From Azolla caroliniana (Eukaryota; Plantae; Polypodiophyta), in the NCBI GenBank assembly GCA_043228905.1, contig JBHGNT010000096.1, forward strand, positions 28,335 through 92,334: 64,000 nt of DNA, given 5' to 3'. A program made the position numbers and the translations under genes. Shown here one piece after another: positions 15,001-25,585 of this stretch (positions within the stretch are counted from its first letter, which is position 1; each line of letters starts with the position of its first letter). The notes beneath the pieces were generated by a model. That model searched no databases and was not told the DNA's origin. It was given only the letters and a program-made list of their open reading frames with translations.

Positions 15001-18000
15001 GTTCAAACATGCGAATCGAAGCTAACAACGCTAGCTATGATATGGAATTAAAAAATCAAGATTTTGAAACTCAGGTCGAGAGACATGACGAAATTACCAA
15101 ATTTGAGGAGTGAGTTGAGAGGAGCCCTTGAGTAAATAAAAATATTCATACCTGGATCGTGTGATATCGGATTTTTGTGTTCAAACATGCGAATCGAAGC
15201 TAACAACGGTAGCTATGATATGGAATTAAAAAATCAAGATTTTGAAACTCAGGTCGAGAGACATGACGAAATTACCAAATTTGAGGAGTGAGTTGAGAGG
15301 AGCCCTTGAGTAAATGAAAATGTTCATACCTGGGTCGTGTAATATTGGATTTTTGTGTTCAAAGATACGAATCGAAGCTAACAACGCTAGCTATGATATG
15401 GAATTAAAAAATCAAGATTTTGAAACTCAGGTCGAGAGACATGATGAAATTACCAAATTTGAGGAGTGAGTTGAGAAGAGCTACGAGGTAAATTAAAATG
15501 TTTATACCTGGCTCGTGTGATATCGGATTTTTGTGTTCAAACATGCGAATCGAAGCTAACAAAGCTAGCTATGATATGGAATTAAAAAATCAAGATTTTG
15601 AAACTCAGGTCGAGAGACATGAAGAAATTACCAAATTTGAATAGTCAGTTGAGAGGAGCCCTTGAGTAAATGAAAATGTTCAAACCTAGCTCGTGTAATA
15701 TCGGATTTTTGTGTTCAAACATACGTATCGAAGCTAATAACGCTATTAATGATATGGAGTGGAGTGAAAATCACAAGATTTTGAAACTCAGGTCTAGAGA
15801 CATGAAGAAATATTTATATTTGAGGAGGGACTTGAGAGGAGCCCTTGAGTAAATAAAAATGTTCATACCTGGTTCGTGTGATATCGGATTTTTGTGTTCA
15901 AACATGCGAATCGAAGCTAACAACGGTAGCTATGATATGGAATTAAAAAATCAAGATTTTGAAACTCAGGTCGAGAGACATGACGAAATTACCAAATTTG
16001 AGGAGTGAGTTGAGAGGAGCCCTTGGGTAAATGAAAATGTTCATACCTGGCTCGTGTGATATCGGATGTTTGTGTTCAAACATGCGAATCGAAGCTAACA
16101 ACGGTAGCTATGATATGGAATTAAAAAATCAAGATTTTGAAAGTCAGGTCGAGAGACATGACGAAATTACCAAATTTGAGGAGTGAGTTGAGAGGAGCCC
16201 TTGAGTAAATGAAAATGTTCATACCTAGCTCGTGTAATATCGGATTTTTGTTTTCAAACATACGTATCGAAGCTAATAACGCTAGCTATGATATGGAGTA
16301 AAAAAATCAAGATTTTGAAACTCAGGTCTAGAGACATGACGAAATTAGCAAACTTGAGGAGGGAGTTGAGAGGAGCCCTTGAGTAAATAAAAATGTTCAT
16401 ACCTAGATCGTGTGATATCGGATTTTTGTGTTCAAACATGCGAATCGAAGCTAACAACGGTAGCTATGATATGGAATTAAAAAATCAAGATTTTGAAACT
16501 CAGGTCGAGAGACATGACGAAATTACCAAATTTGAGGAGTGAGTTGAGAGGAGCCCTTGAGTAAATGAAAATGTTCATACCTGGGTCGTGTAATATTGGA
16601 TTTTTGTGTTTAAAGATGCGAATCGAAGCTAACAACGCTAGCTATGATATGGAATTAAAAAATCAAGATTTTGAAACTCAGGTCGAGAGACATGATGAAA
16701 TTACCAAATTTGAGGAGTGAGTTGAGAAGAGCTACGAGGTAAATTAAAATGTTCATACCTGGCTCGTGTGATATCGGATTTTTGTGTTCAAACATGCGAA
16801 TCGAAGCTAACAACGCTAGCTATGATATGGAATTAAAAAATCAAGATTTTTGAATCTCAGGTCGAGAGAAATAACGAAATTACCAAATTTGAGAAGTGAG
16901 TTGAGAGGAGCCCTTTAGTAAATTAAAATGTTCATACCTGGCTCGTCTGATATCGGAGTTTTGTGTTCAAACATGCGAATCGAAGCTAACAACGCTAGCT
17001 ATGATATGGAGTTAAAAAATGAAGATTTTGAAACTCAGGTCGAGAGACATGAAGAAATTACCAAATTTGAGGAGTGAGTTGAGAGGAGCCCTTGAGTAAA
17101 TGAAAATGTTCATACCTAGCTCGTGTAATATCGGATTTTTGTGTTCAAACATACGTATCGAAGCTAATAACGCTAGCTATTATATGGAATTAAAAAATCA
17201 AGATTTTGAAACTCAGGTCGAGAGACATGATGAAATTACCAAATTTGAGGAGTGAGTTGAGAGGAGCCCTTGAGTAAATGAAAATGTTCATACCTGGTTC
17301 GTGTAATATCGGATTTTTGTGTTCAAACATGCGAATCGAAGCTAACAACGCTAGCTATGATATGGAATTAAAAAATCAAGATTTTGAAACTCAGGTCGAG
17401 AGACATGATGAAATTACCAAATTTGAGGAGTGAGTTGAGAAGAGCTACGAGGTAAATTAAAATGTTCATACCTGGCTCGTGTGATATCGGATTTTTGTGT
17501 TCAAACATGCGAATCGAAGCTAACAACGCTAGCTATGATATGGAATTAAAAAATCAAGATTTTTGAATCTCAGGTCGAGAGAAATAACGAAATTACCAAA
17601 TTTGAGAAGTGAGTTGAGAGGAGCCCTTGAGTAAATTAAAATGTTCATACCTGGCTCGTCTGATATCGGATGTTTGTGTTCAAACATGCGAATCGAAGCT
17701 AACAACGCTAGCTATGATATGGAGTTAAAAAATCAAGATTTTGTAACTCAGGTCTAGAGACATGACGAAATTAGCAAACATGAGGAGGGAGTTGAGAGGA
17801 GCCCTTGAGTAAATAAAAATGTTCATACCTGGATCGTGTGATATCGGATTTTTGTGTTCAAACATGCGAATCGAAGCTAACAACGCTAGCTATGATATGG
17901 AGTTAAAAAATGAAGATTTTGAAACTCCGGTCGAGAGACATGACGAAATTAGCAAACTTGAGGAGGGAGTTGAGAGGAGCCCTTGAGTAAATAAAAATGT

Positions 18001-21000
18001 TCATACCTGGATCGTGTGATATCGGATTTTTGTGTTCAAACATGCGAATCGAAGCTAACAACGGTAGCTATGATATGGAATTAAACAATCAAGATTTTGA
18101 AACTCGGGTCGAGACACATGACGAAATTACCAAACATGAGGGGGGAGTTGAAAGGAGCCCTTGAGTAAATGAAAATGTTCATACCTAGCTCGTCTGATAT
18201 CGGATTGTTGTGTTCAAACATGCGAATCGAAGCTAACAACGCTAGCTATGATATGCAATTAAAAAATCAAGATTTTGAAACTCAGGTCGAGAGACATGAC
18301 GAAATTACCAAATTTGAGGAGTGAGTTGAGAGGAGCCCTTGAGTAAATAAAAATGTTCATACCTGGATCGTGTGATATCGGATTTTTGTGTTCAAACATG
18401 CGAATCGAAGCTAACAACGGTAGCTATGATATGGAATTAAAAAATCAAGATTTTGAAACTCAGGTCGAGAGACATGACGAAATTACCAAATTTGAGGAGT
18501 GAGTTGAAAGGAGCCCTTGAGTAAATGAAAATGTTCATACCTGGCTCGTGTAATATTGGATTTTTGTGTTCATAGATGCGAATCGAAGCTAACAACGCTA
18601 GCTATGATATGGAATTAAAAAATCAAGATTTTGAAACTGAGGTCGAGAGACATGACGAAATTACCAAATTTGAGTAGTGAGTTGAGAGGAGCCCTTGAGT
18701 AAATGAAAAGGTTCATACCTGGCTCGTGTAATATCGGATTTTTGTGTTCAAACATGCGTATCGAAGCTAATAACGTTAGCTATGATATGGTGTAAAAAAA
18801 TCAAGATTTTGAAACTCAGGTCGAGAGACATGACGAAATTACCAAACATGAGGGGGGAGTTGAGAGGAGCCCTTGAGTAAATGAAAATGTTCATACCTAG
18901 CTCGTGTGATATCGGATTGTTGTGTTCAAACATGCGAATCGAAGCTAACAACGCTAGCTATGATATGGAATTATAAAATCAAGATTTTGAAACTGAGGTC
19001 GAGAGACATGACGAAATTACCAAATTTGAGGAGGGAATTGAGAGGAGCCCTTGAGTAAATGAAAATGTTCATACCTGGCTCGTGTGATATCGGATTTTTG
19101 TGTTCAAACATGCGAATCGAAGCTAACAACGGTAGCTATGATATGGAATTAAAAAATCAAGATTTTGAAACTCAGGTCGAGAGACATGACGAAATTACCA
19201 AATTTGAGGAGTGAGTTGAAAGGAGCCCTTGAGTAAATGAAAATGTTCATACCTGGCTCGTGTAATATTGGATTTTTGTGTTGATAGATGCGAATCGAAG
19301 CTAACAACGCTAGCTATGATATGGAATTAAAAAATCAAGATTTTGAAACTGAGGTCGAGAGACATGACGAAATTACCAAATTTGAGTAGTGAGTTGAGAG
19401 GAGCCCTTGAGTAAATGAAAAGGTTCATACCTGGCTCGTGTAATATCGGATTTTTGTGTTCAAACATGCGTATCGAAGCTAATAACGTTAGCTATGATAT
19501 GGTGTAAAAAAATCAAGATTTTGAAACTCAGGTCGAGAGACATGACGAAATTACCAAACATGAGGGGGGAGTTGAGAGGAGCCCTTGAGTAAATGAAAAT
19601 GTTCATACCTAGCTCGTGTGATATCGGATTGTTGTGTTCAAACATGCGAATCGAAGCTAACAACGCTAGCTATGATATGGAATTATAAAATCAAGATTTT
19701 GAAACTGAGGTCGAGAGACATGACGAAATTACCAAATTTGAGGAGGGAATTGAGAGGAGCGCTTGAGTAAATGAAAATGTTCATACCTGGCTCGTGTGAT
19801 ATCGGATTTTTGTGTTCAAACATGCGAATCGAAGCTAACAACGGTAGCTATGATATGGAATTAAAAAATCAAGATTTTGAAACTCAGGTCGAGAGACATG
19901 ACGAAATTACCAAATTTGAGGAGTGAGTTGAGAGGAGCCCTTGAGTAAATAAAAATGTTCATACCTGGATCGTGTGATATCGGATTTTTGTGTTCAAACA
20001 TACGTATCGAAGCTAATAACGCTAGCTATGATATGGAGTAAAAAAATCAAGATTTTGAAACTCAGGTCTAGAGACATGACGAAATTAGCAAACTTGAGGA
20101 GGGAGTTGAGAGGAGCCCTTCAGTAAATGAAAATGTTCATACCTGGCTCGTGTAATATCGGATTTTTGTGTTCAAACATGCGAATCGAAGCTAACAACGC
20201 TAGCTATGATATGGAGTTAAAAAATGAAGATTATGAAACTCAGGTCGAGAGACATGAAGAAATTACCAAATTTGAGGAGTGAGTTGAGAGGAGCCCTTGA
20301 GTAAATGAAAATGTTCATACCTGGCTCGTGTAATATCGGATATTTGTGTTCAAACATGCGAATCGAAGCTAACAACGCTAGCTATGATATGGAGTTAAAA
20401 AATCAAGATTTTGAAACTCAGGTCTAGAGACATGACGAAATTAGCAAACATGAGGAGGGAGTTGAGAGGAGCCCTTGAGTAAATAATAATGTTCATACCT
20501 GGATCGTGTGATATCGGATTTTTGTGTTCAAACATGCGAATCGAAGCTAACAACGCTAGCTATGATATGGAGTTAAAAAATGAAGATTTTGAAACTCAGG
20601 TCGAGAGACATGAAGAAATTACCAAATTTGAGGAGTGAGTTGAGAGGAGCCCTTGAGTAAATGAAAATGTTCATACCTAGCTCGTGTAATATCGGATTTT
20701 TGTGTTCAAACATACGTATCGAAGCTAATAACGCTAGCTATGATATGGAGTAAAAAAATCAAGATTTTGAAACTCAGGTCTAGAGACATGACGAAATTAG
20801 CAAACTTGAGGAGGGAGTTGAGAGGAGCCCTTGAGTAAATAAAAATGTTCATACCTGGCTCGTGTGATATCGGATTTTTGTGTTCAAACATACGTATCGA
20901 AGCTAATAACGCTAGCTATGATATGGAGTAAAAAAATCAAGATTTTGAAACTCAGGTCTAGAGACATGACGAAATTAGCAAACTTGAGGAGGGAGTTGAG

Positions 21001-24000
21001 AGGAGCCCTTGAGTAAATAAAAATGTTCATACCTGGCTCGTGTGATATCGGATTTTTGTGTTCAAACATGCGAATCGAAGCTAACAACGGTAGCTACGAT
21101 ATGGAATTAAAAAATCAAGGTTTTGAAACGCAGGTCGAGAGACATAAAGAAATTACCAAATTTGAGGAGTGAGTTTAGAGGAGCCCTTGAGTAATTGAAA
21201 ATGTTCATACCTTGCTCGTGTAATATCAGATTTTTGTGTTCAAACATGCGAATCGAAGCTAACAACGCTAGCTATGATATGGAGTTAAAAAATCAAGATT
21301 TTGAAACTAAGGTCGAGAGACATGACAAAATTAGCAAACATGAGGAGGGAGTTGAGAGGAGCCCTTGAGTAAATTAAAATGTTCATACCTGGCTCAGGTG
21401 ATATCGGATTTTTGTGTTCAAACATGCGAATCGAAGCTAACAACGCTAGCTATGATATGGAATTAAAAAATCAAGATTTTTGAAACTTAGGTTGAGAGAA
21501 ATGACGAAATTACCAAATTTGAATAGTGAGTTGAGAGGAGCCCTTGAGTAAATGAAAATGTTCATACCTGGCAAGTGTAATATCGGATTTTTGTGTTCAA
21601 ACATGCGAATCGAAGCTAACAACGCTAGCTATGATATGGAATTAAAAAATGAAGATTTTTAAAACTCAGGTCGAGAGACATGACGAAATTACCAAATTTG
21701 AGGAGTGAGTGGAGAAGAGCCCTGGAGTGAATTAAAATGTTCAGACCTGGCTCGTGTGATATCGGATTTTTGTGTTCAAACATGCGAATCGAAGCTAACA
21801 ACGCTAGCTATGATATGGAATTAAAAAATCAAGATTTTGAAACTCAGGTCGAGAGACATGACGAAATTACCAAATTTGAGGAGTGAGTTGAGAGGAGCCC
21901 TTGAGTAAATAAAAATGTTCATACCTGGATCGTGTGATATCGGATTTTTGTGTTCAAACATGCGAATCGAAGCTAACAACGGTAGCTATGATATGGAATT
22001 AAAAAATCAAGATTTTGAAACTCAGGTCGAGAGACATGACGAAATTACCAAATTTGAGGAGTGAGTTGAGAGGAGCCCTTGAGTAAATGAAAATGTTCAT
22101 ACCTGGGTCGTGTAATATTGGATTTTTGTGTTCAAAGATGCGAATCGAAGCTAACAACGCTAGCTATGATATGGAATTAAAAAATCAAGATTTTGAAACT
22201 CAGGTCGAGAGACATGATGAAATTACCAAATTTGAGGAGTGAGTTGAGAAGAGCTACGAGGTAAATTAAAATGTTCATACCTGGCTCGTGTGATATCGGA
22301 TTCTTGTGTTTAAACATGCGAATCGAAGCTAACAACGCTAGCTATGATATGGAATTAAAAAATCAAGATTTTTGAATCTCAGGTCGAGAGAAATAACGAA
22401 ATTACCAAATTTGAGAAGTGAGTTGAGAGGAGCCCTTTAGTAAATTAAAATGTTCATACCTGGCTCGTCTGATATCGGAGTTTTGTGTTCAAACATGCGA
22501 ATCGAAGCTAACAACGCTAGCTATGATATGGAGTTAAAAAATGAAGATTTTGAAACTCAGGTCGAGAGACATGAAGAAATTACCAAATTTGAGGAGTGAG
22601 TTGAGAGGAGCCCTTGAGTAAATGAAAATGTTCATACCTAGCTCGTGTAATATCGGATTTTTGTGTTCAAACATACGTATCGAAGCTAATAACGCTAGCT
22701 ATTATATGGAATTAAAAAATCAAGATTTTGAAACTCAGGTTGAGAGACATGATGAAATTACCAAATTTGAGGAGTGAGTTGAGAGGAGCCCTTGAGTAAA
22801 TGAAAATGTTCATACCTGGCTCGTGTAATATCGGATTTTTGTGTTCAAACATGCGAATCGAAGCTAACAACGCTAGCTATGATATGGAGTTAAAAAATGA
22901 AGATTTTGAAACTCAGGTCGAGAGACATGAAGAAATTACCAAATTTGAGGAGTGAGTTGAGAGGAGCCCTTGAGTAAATAAAAATGTTCATACCTGGATC
23001 GTGTGATATCGGATTTTTGTGTTCAAACATGCGAATCGAAGCTAACAACGCTAGCTATGATATGGAATTAAAAAATCAAGATTTTGAAACTCAGGTCGAG
23101 AGACATGACGAAATTACCAAATTTGAGGAGTGAGTTGAGAGGAGCCCTTGAGTAAATGAAAATGTTCATACCTGGCTCGTGTAATATTGGATTTTTGTGT
23201 TCAAAGATGCGAATCGAAGCTAACAACGCTAGCTATGATATGGAATTAAAAAATCAAGATTTTGAAACTCAGGTCGAGAGACATGATGAAATTACCAAAT
23301 TTGAGGAGTGAGTTGAGAAGAGCTACGAGGTAAATTAAAATGTTCATACCTGGCTCGTGTGATATCGGATTTTTGTGTTCAAACATGCGAATCGAAGCTA
23401 ACAACGCTAGCTATGATATGGAATTAAAAAATCAAGATTTTGAATCTCAGGTCGAGAGACATGAAGAAATTACCAAATTTGAATAGTGAGTTGAGAGGAG
23501 CCCTTGAGTAAATGAAAATGTTCAAACCTAGCTCGTGTAATATCGGATTTTTGTGTTCAAACATACGTATCGAAGCTAATAACGCTAGCTATGATATGGA
23601 GTAAAAAAATCAAGATTTTGAAACTCAGGTCTAGAGACATGAAGAAATTTTTAAATTTGAGGAGGGACTTGAGAGGAGCCCTTCAGTAAATAAAAATGTT
23701 CATACCTGGATCGTGTGATATCGGATTTTTGTGTTCAAACATGCGAATCGCAGCTAACAACGGTAACTATGATATGGAGTAATAAAATCAAGATTTTGAA
23801 ACTCAGGTCAAGAGACATGACGAAATTAGCAAACTTGAGGAGGGAGTTGAGAGGAGCCCTTGAGTAAATAAAAATGTTCATACCTGGCTCGTGTGATATC
23901 GGATTTTTGTGTTCAAACATGCGAATCGAAGCTAACAACGGTAGCTATGATATGGAATTAAAAAATCAAGATTTTGAAACTCAGGTCGAGAGACATGACG

Positions 24001-24420
24001 AAATTACCAAATTTGAGGAGTGAGTTGAAAGGAGCCCTTGAGTAAATGAAAATGTTCATACCTGGCTCGTGTAATATTGGATTTTTGTGTTCAAAGATGC
24101 GAATCGAAGCTAACAACGCTAGCTATGATATGGAATTAAAAAATCAAGATTTTGAAACTGAGGTCGAGAGACCTGACGAAATTACCAAATTTGAGTAGTG
24201 AGTTGAGAGGAGCCCTTGAGTAAATGAAAAGGTTCATACCTGGCTCGTGTAATATCGGATTTTTGTGTTCAAACATGCGTATCGAAGCTAATAACGTTAG
24301 CTATGATATGGTGTAAAAAAATCAAGATTTTGAAACTCAGGTCGAGAGACATGACGAAATTACCAAACATGAGGGGGGAGTTGAGAGGAGCCCTTGAGAG
24401 GAGCCCTTGAGAGGAGCCCT
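1..24420. repeat. 178-bp tandem satellite array, left (more heterogeneous) block, ~137 monomers
   Basis: Consensus AAAATGTTCATACCTGGCTCGTGTGATATCGGATTTTTGTGTTCAAACATGCGAATCGAAGCTAACAACGCTAGCTATGATATGGAATTAAAAAATCAAGATTTTGAAACTCAGGTCGAGAGACATGACGAAATTACCAAATTTGAGGAGTGAGTTGAGAGGAGCCCTTGAGTAAATG counts to 178 bp and recurs head-to-tail. Spurious ORFs recur at near-multiples of 178 (20706/20884; 18748/19460). Centromeric identity is only an inference from monomer size and array length. Confidence 0.98.
24381..24419 (+). repeat. Triplication of the 13-bp satellite segment TTGAGAGGAGCCC at the left insertion junction
   Basis: TTGAGAGGAGCCC at 24381-24393, 24394-24406 and 24407-24419; present once per monomer elsewhere. 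Confidence 0.95.
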
Positions 24421-24427
24421 AAACCCT
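24417..24427 (+). repeat. Single plant-type telomeric motif CCCTAAACCCT bridging satellite and retroelement
   Basis: Satellite ends ...GAGCCCT (24420) and pLTR homology starts at 24426. The intervening AAACC (24421-24425) matches neither neighbour and completes CCCTAAACCCT, i.e. (TTTAGGG)1.5 on the minus strand. Confidence 0.8.
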
Positions 24428-24610
24428 CTCCCTCTCTCTTTTCTCACCTTTTTTCACACTCTCTTCTCATTAGTTAAATTTCTCACTCTATCTCTCTCTC
24501 TCTCTCTCCTCATTCCCCATAACTATTAAATTCGTATTCCCCTCGTTTTTCACCCACATCTTTACCTCGTACTAGCCACCATCACACACATATACACACC
24601 CCTCCCCTCA

Positions 24611-24835
24611 CTTATCATACCCTCCGGTCACCCACTTATCACCATTATTATACCCTCTAGTTACCCACTTATCTCTATCAAACTCATGATACCCACTCCC
24701 TCCCTTTACAAAATCATATCTTGCCCCCTTATCACCGTGTTACACCACTCCCTCCCATACTCCTCACTTCTTTTCACATTTATCACTCTTGTCCACCACT
24801 TATCTTACACCCCCCTTACCACAAACCTATATAAA
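24611..24835 (+). promoter_or_regulatory. Candidate pLTR Pol II promoter: five CTTATC (GATAAG, I-box/GATA-like) motifs followed by TATATAAA
   Basis: CTTATC at 24611, 24635, 24668, 24728 and 24799; CCTATATAAAC with TATATAAA at 24828-24835, 20 nt before the ribozyme. Function is inferred only. Confidence 0.4.
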
Positions 24836-24854
24836 CTTACCTTTGTACTCGAAA

Positions 24855-24913
24855 ATGACCTAAGCACTGATGAGCTCCATATATGAGCGAAACTAGTTTG
24901 CTACATAGGTCAT
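24855..24913 (+). ncRNA. Type I hammerhead ribozyme (copy 1)
   Basis: Stem I ATGACCTA-AGCA / TGCT-aca-TAGGTCAT; core CTGATGA (24867-24873); stem II GCTC-catatat-GAGC; GAAA (24889-24892); minimal palindromic stem III AC-TA-GT; cleavage triplet GUU (24896-24898). Confidence 0.92.
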
Positions 24914-25214
24914 ATTAATATATATTTGATCAATATATATTTTCTTCTCAAGTGTCTATTGTTTTTATGTTGTGGTTAGTTGTGCTTTGAATAATATATA
25001 TGCTATTTCATTCCCACTAAGTAAAACGTGGCACTCCCCCCTCTTTCCCTTAATCTTTAACCTACCCAATACCCGCAACCCTAAACTAATAACCCTAACA
25101 CATTATATCCTCGCCAACCCATACCCTCATCATCATACCTCTCCAAACATATCTCCCCTTACCACTAAAACCCTAAACCTACCAATCCTTAATACCTTTA
25201 CTTTTGCACACACT

Positions 25215-25582
25215 ACCCTAAACCCTCAGAATATTTTAACCCATATACCCTAAACCCTCAGAACAAACCCATAAACCCTAAGAATAGTTAACCTAATAAC
25301 ACTAGTCGTAGCCTAAATAAGTATCGTGCCCGCTTTCCTCGTGCAATACATCATATAGTCTACCAAACCCTAAACCCTCAGATATTTTACCCATATGCCC
25401 TAAACCCTCCGAACAAAACCCTAAACCCTTAAGATATTTAACCCAAAAACCTCAGTTAACCCATATACCCGAAACCTTCAAACCCAAACCCTAAATCCTC
25501 AAATAGTTAACCAAATAACACTAATCACAGCCAAAGAAGTATCGTGCCCGCACTCCTCGTATAAGACATTATATAGTCTATT
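25215..25582 (+). repeat. Two imperfect tandem sub-repeats (~150 and ~218 bp) rich in CCCTAAACCCT telomeric motifs, in the pLTR / 5' leader
   Basis: Both units start CCCTAAACCCTCAGA(A)TATTTT and end AAGTATCGTGCCCGC...CCTCGT...ATATAGTCTA. Exact CCCTAAACCCT at 25216, 25248, 25368, 25398 and 25419. Confidence 0.88.
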
Positions 25583-25585
25583 AAT

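Noticed and set aside
1-24420. Arabidopsis CEN178/CEN180 or 5S rDNA
   Set aside because: Same length as CEN178 but no similarity I can recognise; no 5S coding sequence.
25026-25032. ABRE/G-box-like ACGTGGC
   Set aside because: A single short motif, expected by chance.
24686-25253. 66-aa and 93-aa pLTR ORFs (also 30260-30448 and copies at 30821, 31107, 33774)
   Set aside because: Compositionally biased, overlapping the promoter, ribozyme or telomeric motifs, with no recognisable domain.
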